Below are positions 47,619-60,317 of a stretch of 64,000 bases of DNA, piece by piece. The notes beneath the pieces were generated by a model. It saw only the letters and a program-made list of their open reading frames with translations. It did no database searches and was not told the DNA's origin. The stretch lies in NCBI RefSeq assembly GCF_000143415.4, contig NW_003314265.1:3344443-3408442 (forward strand). Reading direction: 5' to 3'. The stretch's first letter is position 1, and the number at the start of each line of letters is the position of its first letter. The position numbers and the translations under genes are program-made. This DNA comes from Selaginella moellendorffii. Taxonomy: Eukaryota; Plantae; Lycopodiophyta.

Positions 47619-50600
47619 ACAAACACTTGCTCATATCAACCATTGCACTAGCCAATCTGAATAGATCCCGGTCAATAATACCAAGGAACTAGAGTTGCTT
47701 AAGCAAGTGTCAGCAACATCCTGCTGATGTCTCAGACCCAAGAGACCAATTCAAAGCAAACCACAAAGAACATGTGGTATTGCAAAAAGCCATAAGCTAT
47801 CAAAGAGAACAACTATCATGAAAGATCATCAATAAAGAGATGCAAAATCACTGTTTAAGAAGGAATCCACCATTCCGAAGAATAACAAATCATTCTAGAT
47901 CAACAATAATCAAGCAAAACCTTCGACAAGGATAATCAATTATCCTAGATGATAGTCAATCATCACCAATGATTGCTAGATGCAACTACTAACTTCAACA
48001 TCGAAGCTAGGAGCCAAAATGCCTTCCCTAACAACTTCTAACAAATGGAACAATGAGCATGAAAACTCAAGGAACTAAAAGTTCGAAGAAGCCTATAGCT
48101 AAGTTGTGCGTAATAATGATCACAAGTCTCGCACGAAATAACTTCAATGCTAAAGAAGAAATCATGGTAGAACCACAATATCCCCTTCAATACATCCATA
48201 AGCTAAACTTCATAATGCGAAAGCTAATGAAGAGCATGTCTATATCAATCCAAAAGCCAAGCATAACGAAGTTATGCTCAACAAGTGATCATCTAATCGA
48301 TCCTCCATGAATCCATCTATAGCAAGACGTAGCTCACATCATAACAAGCACAAGGGGAATCATCAATGATCAATATATTCTAATTCAAACCCAATAAGGA
48401 TTCAAACTTTCCAATATTGATCACTAACTCTTTCGCTTGTAGAGTTAGCATAGTCCACGACTGAATCACTTTTCAAGGACAAGCTTAAAGCTCAACCCTT
48501 ACTAAACAAACTCATTGAGAACACAACTAACTCAACTTGCCACTCAGTTCATTTGAACGTCAACACAATTGTTAACTAGCAAATGCATGAATGTCAACAA
48601 CACAAAGCTAAAGCCAAATCATCAACACTTTTCATCAAGACTAATGAAACTCAATATCAATCCTAAGGAAAGACATTTCATTTCACTCAAGTCTCAATAT
48701 TAACAATATCAATGACAAGGCATCACTTCAATGCCATCAACACTAGGACAAAGCTAGAGGAAAGCAAGAGTGAATCACCACTCGGAACTTTCCAGCAACC
48801 AAGCTAACCAAAGTCAAAGATACTATACTTAGTATTCGAGACCAATCCTTCAGCAAAACTCAGTGACAGATAACATATCATCAAGGAGTGAATCACCACA
48901 TCCAAGACTCAATGAAATCCAACACTATAAACCAAACGTAAAATGATATCGACAAAGGAATTGATATGCCAACATGGAAAAAACCATGCCAGCCTAATGA
49001 CACAATCCTCTGCAACACCATCTGGTAAAGCAAGCCCATCACCGCTAAATCATCATCGAGCAAAGCAAGTGTCAAAAGTCCTTGACGAAGTCTACAAGTA
49101 ATCACTAGTCGCAAAGCAACTAACAATCACTCCTCAACTTGCCTTCATAAGACCCAAACACCAACTCTTATCATCAAGTTATATACTTGCCCAATATGAA
49201 TGTGATACCCCAGGTACGAGATAAAAGTTCATAGACAAGCACAAACTAAATGACCACTCGAATCCAACTCAACTGCAATAAGCTCACTAAAACATTTAGT
49301 CACTAGCTCTGAGCATGCCTTGAAGAGGCTAGCTATGCATGATCAACACTCAGTCGAAATTAAAGTGAAGACCATGAGATGGACTCATATTGGTACACAA
49401 CCTCCTCATAGACAAAGCTATAGTACGGGTACCAACATCGCAACCTCAAACAACTAAATTGGACATCACCATCCTCAGCCAAGGCGCAGGGCCACCAAGA
49501 CCAAGTCAAGATTAGTGAGAGCTCACTACTCTTATAGAGTCTAACGTAATGCAAGGTGCAACCTGCCACCAAGCATAACGCTACAAAAGAAAGGTACAAG
49601 GGTCACCTTTCTGAGAAAAGTGCAATGGCCACTTTTCTATATCAACTCTAGACTCTATCCAACTCAATTGTTTTAGCCTCAAAAGTCAGCATCCCCTTTG
49701 GGCCGCATTATACAAACTACCTATCAGGGTCTAAGTTAACTGAAGTCAACTCCAACCCCTTCACTAGTTTGTACTGGCTTACGAAAATGGAATGGTTTTC
49801 GGCAAAGTGACCACCAGATCAGCCATTGGAGAAGTCTAAAAAAATTTGTGGAAAATTTTCCAATCCTAGAGAAAGAATGACTCTCAGTCCAGGATTGCAA
49901 ACTTTCAAGACTCAACCAACTTCCTCCTACAAACAACTTCACATAGATTCACCTCAACACAAATTCTCATGTCCAACAATATGCTTAAGCCTCGAACATC
50001 TTTGCCCATTTTTCCGATATCTAACTTTGACATCCGCAAAGTGCAAAATGAACATCCAAGGCTTGATTACGAAGACCACATCTTCGGATATCCAAATTGC
50101 ACTAACACTCCTCTTCAATCACCTTCAAGATCCAATGTGAAGCCAAAACACTAACAAGAAAAATGACATGAAAAATCAAGATCCAAGGAAAATTCCTCAT
50201 CACTTGAAATAACAATGCCACTTCCACTAACACAAGTGCTAGTGATGTTAATGCCCCAACTACACATTTTCTCCATCCAACAATATACTCCAAGTGCTAA
50301 CAGATCAACCGACAAGCTATAGCAAATGAATGCTACAACCCTTTCCAACACCTAACATGCAAACTCAAGGAAACAAGGTACCAACATAAACTTAGCATAA
50401 TGGACCATCTCCAAGAATCCAGTTAAAGTTACCACAATGCTACTTCATGCAAGTAGACTAGCTTCTCCATCAACCACTTTGGGTTTGATCATCGTTTAAC
50501 CAAGCAACTTCGTAAACACATTGCTCATTATCACATGGATATGATATAAATCACAATGACTTGATCATCAATCGAGCAACACTATGAGCAATGCCCATGT

Positions 50601-51616
50601 CACTACTGCAAAGGTTTATGTGAATATCAAGTGCTAACTCGATTCGACAAAATGCAACATAAATGCCACACTCCCCCGATAGAGATTTGAACCACCCAAC
50701 ATCACTAACTTTTGTTCACAACACAGATAAGCTCATGCCACTCTCTTTCCGACCAATCTCAAAACTAATCCAACACCAAGCTACTCAAGGAGCAATAGCA
50801 AGGTTCCCCGGAAAAGAATTGAGCATTGCAACCCAAGTCTTCCAATAGCGAGCCTAAACAAAATGGTTTAGTGTTTCACCACTATCCATCCCATAACTCA
50901 CCACTTGTAAGACCATCACTTCCAACATGCATCAAGGTAGGGACTCTTGTTTGCATGATGTGAACATGAGCAATGAGTTAACACCTCGTTGCAAATCATC
51001 TCTCTAAGAAGAGAAAATGATTTACGTGTTTGATCCTTCGTCCTTGACGACTCTCTTTTCGGTCTCATCTTTGACTAAACCTCAAGCTTGCTTTCGCACT
51101 ACCTTTAGTTCAATCCAAGAAAAGTTAATGAGAGAGCACGGCAATGATTACTTGAACCAATAGACTAATCCCTATAGTTTTGATTGATCCGCTCATAATC
51201 ATGCCTAGGAAGGATCCACTAGTGCCGTGCCAAACAGCTATGGACCAGCCTATTTGCTACTCATAGCAAACTTAGGGAAAGTTTACTTTCACCCACGGTA
51301 CATGGAACAACTCATGGAACCACCGATAAGCTAACATTAATCCTGCCAACGTAAAGTGTAACCTTGAGTTGCTAATGTGTCTCACTCACGAGCCCAAGCT
51401 CAAACTCGTGCTAATGGAGCTTCTCAATCCATCCTATGAGCCCAAGCGCAAGCTCACATCATAAGGTACAATAAGGTAACAATATCCATACCCAAGGAAC
51501 CAATTGCGAAGCCTTTGCACCCAAAAGTGTACCCACTCGGATCATCGTTTTCATCTCTGCGTATGCAACAAGACTAGTTGCCCAATCTCATTGAATAGTA
51601 CTTGCTGAGACTCATC

Positions 51617-51627
51617 CTCTGATACCA
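51617..51627 (-). promoter_or_regulatory. PBS, initiator tRNA-Met
   Basis: TGGTATCAGAG 2 nt from the 5' LTR. Confidence 0.9.
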
Positions 51628-54600
51628 AATGTAGCGCACGTGGTTTTGACCCTTTATCCTATGGTGATTTACCATAGGATAACACCACGAAGCGGAACCT
51701 AAACCCTCTTTGTGCCACGTGACAGATGCCACATGTCACATGCCACGTGTCCATAGGAACCCGAGGTTCAGGGCCTTGGGCCACTTAATGAACGAACGGT
51801 GCCAAACTCCCAAGCATGGAGCCAAGGAGTGATGGAACCGAACCACGGAGCAACTCCCGAGCATACAGCCCAAGGAGCAAAGGGACAGGGGCCCGGAGCG
51901 ACTTGGAACAGTCCTGGAGCAACCAACATCCCAATGCCAGGACCAGCATGCAAAACAGAGCCAAACGGAGTCTGGCGCTATTTCAGCATACTGGTGGCCT
52001 AACGTGAGGATATGGGTACTCCACTAGCTAGCATGGAATGGAACTTGGGCTTAGACCCAAGCCAGACGCAAAACAAGGATAGGCACACAAGCGGGAGCTA
52101 GACTATGCCTCAGGTTGATCGGCCATGCCCAACCTACCCACTATCCCTACTATACATTTGGAACCCCCCATAGCCCCCCCCCCCCCTTGAGGAACACACG
52201 CTTTGGGCTTTCACCCCAAGCCTCCCTTAGTATCAGGAGTTAGTCTCTGGGACAAGCTCGAAACTTACTAAATATGGAATGTCCTTAGATTGCGAATTTG
52301 GACATAGGACGAACACCATTATGTTCAGGCCGATCTCTACATTTCGTAGATATGCCAAATGAGCAAATCTGGACACTTTCCATAAATAGCATTTGGGACC
52401 GAAATAAGACCAACACAAAGGGCATGATAGCGAGGGTGTTTGGCAGACACGGTAAGCTATCATCCAGCGATATTGAGGGACCAATCTCAATACGCGAGGG
52501 TTCTTGTCAAGCCAGTGCAAGACAGAGCAAAAGAGAACTAAAAGCCAGGCCGAGTATGCTCAGCTAGAAATACATAGGAGTTCCTACCTTATGTCCATCT
52601 GGCTAAGTACAGGTGCTAAGCCCAGTAAACTAACACTTGAACAAGAGGGGCTAATAAAGGGTCCAGCAATACCGACCTCCTGCCATCATGGCAGTAAGGA
52701 AAGAGTGTCCGTAAGGACTGGTCGACAGGTAACTTTCGATACCCGAAGTCACATTCGCGACAACTATGACCCCAGAGGCATCCCCCACACTTGGCAGTGC
52801 GCCTAAGCCAACCCTTTTGGCAAAGGGTCCATAACAACTGAGACTGGGTGTCCCCATCTCATTCACCATATCCTTGGTGCCACTTGCACCAAAGTGTTCA
52901 AGTTAGATATGCTAAGCTTTCACATTAAGCAATTTAACTGTGCATCACGACTCTGAGGCATCCCTCGCTTAGCGGTATGCCCAAGCTAGTCTCCTTACTA
53001 AAAGTCTATGACCATCGAAAAATGAGTGTCTTCATATTCCAAACCATCATCTCGCCCTAGTGAGTTGGGACTCGAACCCAAACATTAGAGGGTCGGGACT
53101 CGAACCCAACCTCCATATATGCATCTACGGACGGCATCACACTGAATGCCTGACGTGACTCCCCACGCCAGTGCACCAACTTATATTTAAAGCGTGCTAC
53201 AGATCACAGCTTAGGAACCTAATTCTTCCATAGTGTTAAGTCCTCTCATTTAACATGTCTGTGATCATGCATAGACTCCTCCATGCTTGGCTCTATGGGC
53301 CACCCCTTTTAAAGTTAGCATTTTCAACTAGGGTATTTATTCCCCCGACTTGCCAATCTCACCTAGCAAGTCATCCGACCACCGTAACATAGTTCGTGCA
53401 CAAGCGTGAAAGCCCTTAATTATTGACTTTCGTTTAAAGCCCTCTCTTTGAACACTCAGGAATTACCTCCCTAACCTTGATAACCTTGCCTCATGGCAAA
53501 CTTCAAGACCATGTTTTTGCTGCACCACTTTGATTTCGCATGCTCTATAAACCATTTACACTTCGCTTTCTAGGTACTTATCTACCTAGAATTGTCTTTG
53601 AGAACCTTCAAGGAACTATGTTCCTTAGCTTGCTAAGGCCTCTCTTTTAGCAAGCTTTCTAATTGTCATATGATCTAACATGGATAATTCCACATTTTAG
53701 ACTCTCCATGGCATTACAGTTGTTAATAGTAACATGCTCGAACATCCATTTAATTCTCCGCTCTTAACTTGCATACCCACCCTTGGTTATGCCCTTCGAT
53801 TCTTATGGTTCGGTTCCATCCCTTTATTACTTGCTTTTTGGCCTTATATGTTTCCTTTGGTTATTCTCCTCCAGATTAGAAGGATAGTGTTGGGGGAAGG
53901 AGGGGCGCTTCCCCCAACGCTCGCTCAAACACGAGAAATGCTTCACTGCTCTCCACAAAATGCCCCCCCTCGCCCTTGTGAGGCAAGGGTTTTATACAAG
54001 GAAGATGGGGAATATTCTGAGGACCAGAATATTCCCTCCCTCTCTCTCACTCTCTCGGTGGCCACGCCCTAACATGCGACCACGGTGGATCGCACTGGCT
54101 CCAGACGCGCGAGAACCCTCCGAAGAGTGTAGAGTGTACGTTTGCTACTGATGCCAAGTGCTGGTAACTGCGTGAAATAGTAGAAACTCTAGAAAACAGA
54201 GTGGAAAAGAAAGAAAAAGGTAGGTGAGAAGTTTGGAGACAGGGAGAAAACCCAGTGGGAAACGCTGTAGTCAAACTAGACCCTGAAGTTGAAGAAAAGT
54301 GTAGAAAAAGTGTGAAAAGAGGAGGAAAATAGAGGAAAAAGAACGTGAGGACCCAAAGAACTTAACCCGTACCTGGATTTTGGCTCAGGAAAGTGTAATA
54401 TGCAAATGCAACCTCTTGATGACTCCCGGTATGCTCCAAGGATTGGCCGAAATCGAGAAAGAAAGAGAGGTAGAAGAGGGGATGCATTGCCCAAGGGTGG
54501 TAAGTGTGGAAATGATGAAAGATGGAGTGATATGGTAGAGCGCCGAGATGGTGGTGGCACTCGGAAGTGGTAGCTATTGATAACCGTTGGCCCGTAGAGT

Positions 54601-55415
54601 AAACACTGACCACTCGGAGTAGCCGGTAACCGATAACCGGTAGCCGGGTACCTGTAACCAGTAACTGGTAACCACCTGCTCTCGCTCCTACTCCTGCGCC
54701 AGCTCTGTGGTGGAGCGCTGAGATCTCTGAGAAGGTGGCTAGTCTGATGTGTCGGACTGAAGAAGTCAGCAGCTGAAAAGGACGGCATAGTCACTGGGTT
54801 GCCGGTAAGGAGAGGTGGCATGTGTCCACTGAGTGCTGGAGCAGAAGAAAGTGGCTTCGGCTTCTGTGGCCTCGCCTAAAGATCCACCTAGGTGCCTTGA
54901 GTGAACAGGTTCACCTAGTTGGAAGAGAGTCGCTCCAGAAAAGCTAGTGCGTTGTCGGCAAATGGTCGTAAGGACATCTTGGACATGGCATGTCCAAATG
55001 AGGTGGTGTCTTTTGCTGCATGTATGTGCGTCTGTGGTATGGTGTAAATGTGACCTCAAATGGAGATGGGAATGATGGTGAAAGAATGAAAGATGCAAGA
55101 TGGGCATCTAGAGATAAGTGCGGGCAACGCTGTTGGAAGTGATTGGTGATGGAACTGTGAGTGTAGATTATATGGAATGAGTGTGGGAAATGTGCAGGGT
55201 ATAGTAATGATAAAGGAAGGGCCAAAGAACCTGGAACATAGACCGAGCCAAGCGAGGAACCTCCATACAAACGGCAATGCAGCCTGAGCACGAAATCCAA
55301 GGCATAGGCCACGGTCCAATGGAGAAACACCCTCTGAAAGTAAGAAAAGTAGCCACGAAAGTAAAGTGAAAGAAAGGAAGAAAAAGAAAAAGAAAAAGAA
55401 GAGAAAAGGAACGCC

Positions 55416-58400
55416 TCACCGGATGAAGCGTTTGAGATGAGAGTGGTTGTGAGCGTGTGGGAGCTCATGTCCCTCAATATTAGCTAGCACATATGCTCCA
55501 CCTCCAATGTGTCGCTGGACAAAGTAGGGGCCGGTCCAGCGAGGGGAGAATTTCAAAGGTGGCGTGAACTCCTTGAGTAGAACGAGATCGCCATCCTCGA
55601 ATGGTTCGGCAGACCGCTGGTGATCGATGACTGACTTAATCTTCTGCTTGCCTCGAAGGAGATGTTTAGATGTGGATTGTCGCTGTTCTTCCAAGGCAAG
55701 AACCTCCAAGTCACGTGCATGAAGCTTGTCTTCATTGCTAAGCTGCATCGCTGCTGCGTATCGAAGTGAAAGCGAGAGTGATGGCACCTGGATCTCTATT
55801 GGAAGTACGGTCTCTGTCCCATAGACAAGGGAAAATGGGGTCGCAGAGATGGATGTCTTGAAGGATGTCCGAAAGGCCCACAACGCCGTAACCAAGTGCT
55901 CGTGCCAACGCCTTGGGTGATCCTCCACAAGCTTTGAGATGACTGTCTTCAATATCTTGTTGCTAGACTCCGCCTGGCCATTGCACTCCGGATAATAGCT
56001 GCTTCTTTTCACGTGCTTGACCTGTAGTTGCTGGAGAAGATGCTGCATCACCTGTCCGAGGAAGCCGCTGCCACGATCGGAAACCAAAACAGCAGGAACT
56101 CCAAATCGGCAAATGATGTACTCGTAGACAAACTTTGCTGTAGACTGCTGATCTGCCTGTCGCAAAGGGGTGGCCTCGACCCATTTTGTGAAATAGTCCG
56201 TCGCCACGATGATGTATCGCTGTCCTTTTGAGCTCGGTGGGTTGATCGGGCCAACGAAGTCAAGTCCCCACTGGAAAAAGGGACCCGGAGAAGTGATGAG
56301 CTGGAAAGGAAGACGTGGAACATGGCTCCGGGGGTTGAACAGTTGGCACTGCTCACATGACTTTGCATAGGCCAAGCTGTCCTGGTGAATCCGAGGCCAA
56401 AAGTAGCCATGGCGCAAGAGGAGCTGTGCTGTAACCCATCCCGAGAAATGCCCCGCACAAGAGTGGAAAGCGCGAAGGAGCTCAGGGACCTCGTGTTCCC
56501 CCACACACCGCAACAAAACTTCCTGAGAAGTCCTCCTGTAAAGGTGTCCATCAAGAAGGCAAAACCCCCGTGCTCGGATCTCCAATGCCTTTTGTTGTAC
56601 TGGTGAGGAATCTACTGGGAACTGACCTGAATCCAGGTACACCGCAACATCCTGTAATGCTGCTGGGACCACAAAGGAGGTAGCTTCAGCAACCAGGAAC
56701 TCGCTTGGATCCATCACACGCTTCCGCCACATGTGAAAAGTTGGTTGGAACTCTTGGATGGTCACAATCCAAGATAAAGTACGAGGACTATGAACCGGTC
56801 GCTGTAAAAGAAAGGTCAGCATATTAAAATAGACATGGAAATGGATACGGGCTCCAGCGAGAAAGTGATGGAATCGCTCCAAGGTGTAAACAACAGCCAC
56901 TGCTTCTTTTTCCGCATCCACATATTTCTTTTCAGTCTCCTTGAACGAATGTGAGGCATAATATGTTGCATGTGGTGGCTTGCCAGGCTGTGAACATTGG
57001 CAAAGGCATACTCCAAAAGCCTCTGTACCCGTTGTGATGTAAATGTCAAAAGGGAGTTGTCGTTCTGGTGGTTGGAGTACCGGGGCCGTGTGGAGTGACT
57101 GCTGTAGTGACTCAAAGGCTTGTTGTTGGGACTCACCCCAGATAAATGGAACACTGTGTTGTAGCAAAGCTACCAGAGGCCGTGAACGTGCAGCATAGTT
57201 GTGGATGAAACGGCGAAAGAAACCCGTTTGCCCAAGGAAACTGCAAAGCTGCTTCAAGTTGGTTGGTGGGTTCCGATCCAGAATCTCCTGAGCCTTGGCT
57301 ACCTGGGGTTTGATCCCATCCTGAGAGACGTCAAAGCCCAGTAACCGGCCTTCGGTTACCCCGAATTTACACTTTGCCGGGTTCAATGAAAACCTGTGGT
57401 GTCGGCAGCGAGTGAAGATCTGTTCCAAGTGCATAAGGTGATCCTCAAAGGAGTCCGAGGTCGTGCACAGATCATCCATATACACCCTCAAGGCGCCTCC
57501 AATCAAGTCGTGAAAGGCATGGGTCATAAAGCGCTGAAAATTAGCTCCGGCATTGCACAAGCCAAATGGGAGGACATTGAAAGCAAAGACGCCCCAAGGT
57601 GTCCGAAAGGCCGTAAGATCTCGATGATCCGGATGAATGAAGATCTGGTTGTACCCTGAAAAGCCATCCATGAAAGAGTAGTACCGGTGGCCAGTCATCT
57701 CATCCACAATCGCATCGATAAACGGAGTTGGAAAGTGATCTTTCGCAGTTGCCTTGTTCAAGTCTTGAAAGTCAACACAGAGGCGGAGTTTTCCATTTGC
57801 CTTGCGTGCAGGGATGAGATTGGCCACCCACTCTGAGCTCTCCAAAGGGTAAATAAAGCCGGCTGCCAGAAGTCGCTCGATCTCCAACTTCATCTCTGAG
57901 TGAGCTGCCGGGCTGAAACGCCGCATTTTTTGACGGACTGGTTTGGCTGACTCTGAAAGCATAATACTGTGCATGATTGTGTCCATGGGAACTAATGGGA
58001 GCTGGCTGTAGTCCCAAGCAAACACGTCCTTGAAACAGTGAAGGAGATCCAAGAGCTTTGCTGCGTTTGTTGAAGCAAGCGATGTGGCGATAAAGACCGG
58101 GTCCTTGTCATCACCTAGAAAAACAGCATGAACCCTGGAGTCTGGAGAAACCTTGGTTTCAGGAGGCTCTATCTTTGATTCTTCCCTGACCCTGGAAACC
58201 GAAGAGCAGGGAGTGCCTTTAGCTTCTCGCATTGTGGTGATTGCTTGGTGTGATAACCTGTCTGCCCAAAAGTTTTCTTCACGGGGGACACTTTGAAAAG
58301 ACATCTCAGAGAACTCATCCTTCAGGTTGACCGCCCGCTGCCATAGCTCTTTCAGGTTCTCTTTGCGGACTTGGTATTCTCCAGTAAGTTGGCGTATGAT

Positions 58401-60317
58401 GAGTTGCGCATCTCCAATGAAAGTGACTCGCCTAAACTTGAGGTTTGTGGCCAGCTTCATGGCACTGATGGCCGCCAAGTACTCTGCTTCATTAGCTGAT
58501 GTTGCTGGCAAAGTGATAGAGAGGTCAGCTACTTTGTTCTCCGCAGAATCAATCATCCAAACTCCAATGCCGGCGACCTGGTTTTTGGGGCAGAAAGCAC
58601 CGTCAAAATAAGCTGTAATCATAGGAGTGGACTCTTCCTCAAATAAAGATGCTGGGGACACTACATCCGGCAAGACCATCTCTGGTAAGTCTGGTAAGAA
58701 CATTGCTGTTGGATCCGGAGTCTTTGCTTGTGGTTCTCTTTGCTTCTGATGCTCTGAGCGCTCGATGTCCAATGCAAGGACTGCAGCCAGGTACTCTGCA
58801 AGCAAAGGGAGATCCTCCACCGAAGTCCAGTCCAAGTCTGGTGCTAAAGTTTCAGTGTAATACCCTTGGATCTGTACCAGGGGCTCCACGGTAGGAAATT
58901 CAGAACTCAAAGAGCTATAACTCGCATGTAGCATGTCCGATTTGCTTGATTCTTCCTGCCAATTGTGTGACTGGATGTCATCTTCCGTCTCCAAAAAACA
59001 GCATGACAAAATATGCTCGAAGTCGTCAGCTACCGTGATTTTAGTGGGAAAATGCTGGCTGTGTAACACCTCAAAGAGTTGCTGAGGAGAATCGAGTTCA
59101 GCTATGTCCTGTGAAAGATGGGCTTGGTCTGGGGTGACTGTGTCATCAAGATCCATAAGAGAGAGTTGGTCCCATGCAAGAAACGAATCAAGGAGCCCTT
59201 CCTCTATCAAGAAACACTCTAAAAAGCTGGATATGTGAGCCCGTATCCTATAAGCCCTGCCCTCAAATAAAGAGGGCCTTTCTAGAGGCTCGGCCTTACT
59301 CTCAAATAAAGAGAGTGAAGTTGAGAGATGTCTCGGGCTACCTGACTCACCTCCACCTATGTCAATTGCATTGCATGAGGAAGCATCTGCCATATAGATG
59401 GTTGACGCCACTGCCAACTCAGGAAAAACCTCTGTGAGGTCGGGAGGAAAGTATGGTGTGGAAGCCATCTTAGTCCGAGCTTGCTGGGCTTGTTGAGAAA
59501 GAGCTCTGCCGTGGTTGTTGAGAAAGGTGGCGCTATGGGTTCCATCTCTAATTTCCAACTTGCCTTGTGCACTATCAATGGTGCAATGGGTTGTGACTTG
59601 CCATGAGCGGCCAAGGATGATAGAGTCCTTCAAAGAGGATGTTCCAAGACGTTGGTAGTCAACCACGAGGAAATCTACCTCAAAAATAACACCCTGCACT
59701 GAGACCTTGACACCATAGCAAATTCCTGCCGGAGGAATGGTGTGGTTGGCGAAGGTTTTGAGCACGATGGAGGAGCTCTCAGTGATCCATAGCTGTGCTG
59801 AAAGGGCAGCTTCGAGAGAGATAATGTTGCTTCCAGAACCGGAGTCAACCAAAGCATCCATCCTACAAGAGGAAGTACCGATCTGCACCGGGACGAAGAA
59901 TGGACCAAGATCTCCTCCATATCTTGTCATATCGACAATGTGCACCTCTTGAGGAGTCCTCTTGAGAGTGCTTTCTGGTGTTCCTGACCGTGCAAACTTC
60001 TCCAAATGCTGGCCAAATCCCGGGACAAGGCACAACATATCTCGGAGCGAAAAGGTGATAGGAGTGTCAACCAGCTGTTGAAGAACCGGCTCCGGAACAG
60101 GAGTAGCTGCTGGTGAGATCTCAGGAGGAGAAGAGAGGAGTGACTTGAAGGGGAGTTTACAAGCCACCCTCTGTGTCACTGGGCCTAAGGCCAACGGAGA
60201 GTCACTCTCAATTGGCGCTGGGGGATCTATGGTAGGCTGAGTGGCTACCTTCTTCTTCGCTTGGGCTCGAGTGGCTGCGGTTTGCTGTTGTTGCCTATAA
60301 AGTTCCTCGGCTACCAA
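55416..60317 (-). CDS. pol: Pol: protease, archaeal-type RNase H, RT, degenerate RNase H, integrase
   Basis: LVDSGSGSN; YFDGA...NEAEY...GDAQL...ENFWADRL (aRH, D-E-D-D intact); YMDD; WGLDFVGP/SDRG integrase; GPY. Confidence 0.95.
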   Translation of the reverse strand: MVAEELYRQQQQTAATRAQAKKKVATQPTIDPPAPIESDSPLALGPVTQRVACKLPFKSLLSSPPEISPAATPVPEPVLQQLVDTPITFSLRDMLCLVPGFGQHLEKFARSGTPESTLKRTPQEVHIVDMTRYGGDLGPFFVPVQIGTSSCRMDALVDSGSGSNIISLEAALSAQLWITESSSIVLKTFANHTIPPAGICYGVKVSVQGVIFEVDFLVVDYQRLGTSSLKDSIILGRSWQVTTHCTIDSAQGKLEIRDGTHSATFLNNHGRALSQQAQQARTKMASTPYFPPDLTEVFPELAVASTIYMADASSCNAIDIGGGESGSPRHLSTSLSLFESKAEPLERPSLFEGRAYRIRAHISSFLECFLIEEGLLDSFLAWDQLSLMDLDDTVTPDQAHLSQDIAELDSPQQLFEVLHSQHFPTKITVADDFEHILSCCFLETEDDIQSHNWQEESSKSDMLHASYSSLSSEFPTVEPLVQIQGYYTETLAPDLDWTSVEDLPLLAEYLAAVLALDIERSEHQKQREPQAKTPDPTAMFLPDLPEMVLPDVVSPASLFEEESTPMITAYFDGAFCPKNQVAGIGVWMIDSAENKVADLSITLPATSANEAEYLAAISAMKLATNLKFRRVTFIGDAQLIIRQLTGEYQVRKENLKELWQRAVNLKDEFSEMSFQSVPREENFWADRLSHQAITTMREAKGTPCSSVSRVREESKIEPPETKVSPDSRVHAVFLGDDKDPVFIATSLASTNAAKLLDLLHCFKDVFAWDYSQLPLVPMDTIMHSIMLSESAKPVRQKMRRFSPAAHSEMKLEIERLLAAGFIYPLESSEWVANLIPARKANGKLRLCVDFQDLNKATAKDHFPTPFIDAIVDEMTGHRYYSFMDGFSGYNQIFIHPDHRDLTAFRTPWGVFAFNVLPFGLCNAGANFQRFMTHAFHDLIGGALRVYMDDLCTTSDSFEDHLMHLEQIFTRCRHHRFSLNPAKCKFGVTEGRLLGFDVSQDGIKPQVAKAQEILDRNPPTNLKQLCSFLGQTGFFRRFIHNYAARSRPLVALLQHSVPFIWGESQQQAFESLQQSLHTAPVLQPPERQLPFDIYITTGTEAFGVCLCQCSQPGKPPHATYYASHSFKETEKKYVDAEKEAVAVVYTLERFHHFLAGARIHFHVYFNMLTFLLQRPVHSPRTLSWIVTIQEFQPTFHMWRKRVMDPSEFLVAEATSFVVPAALQDVAVYLDSGQFPVDSSPVQQKALEIRARGFCLLDGHLYRRTSQEVLLRCVGEHEVPELLRAFHSCAGHFSGWVTAQLLLRHGYFWPRIHQDSLAYAKSCEQCQLFNPRSHVPRLPFQLITSPGPFFQWGLDFVGPINPPSSKGQRYIIVATDYFTKWVEATPLRQADQQSTAKFVYEYIICRFGVPAVLVSDRGSGFLGQVMQHLLQQLQVKHVKRSSYYPECNGQAESSNKILKTVISKLVEDHPRRWHEHLVTALWAFRTSFKTSISATPFSLVYGTETVLPIEIQVPSLSLSLRYAAAMQLSNEDKLHARDLEVLALEEQRQSTSKHLLRGKQKIKSVIDHQRSAEPFEDGDLVLLKEFTPPLKFSPRWTGPYFVQRHIGGGAYVLANIEGHELPHAHNHSHLKRFIR

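Larger units (their letters stand above)
45998..52762 (-). mobile_element. Two-LTR non-coding (LARD-like) retroelement, family A
   Basis: LTRs 45998-47114 and 51630-52762 (TG...CA). iMet PBS at 51617-51627. No long internal ORF. TSD ACTAT at 52763-67, with its partner displaced to 29069-73. Confidence 0.9.

Noticed and set aside
46027-52869. Recurrent short ORFs in family A LTRs and internal region
   Set aside because: They recur only because the LTR is repeated; stops differ between copies and no domains are recognisable.
53065-53110. tRNA gene
   Set aside because: Only T-arm-like hairpins; no acceptor, D or anticodon arms.
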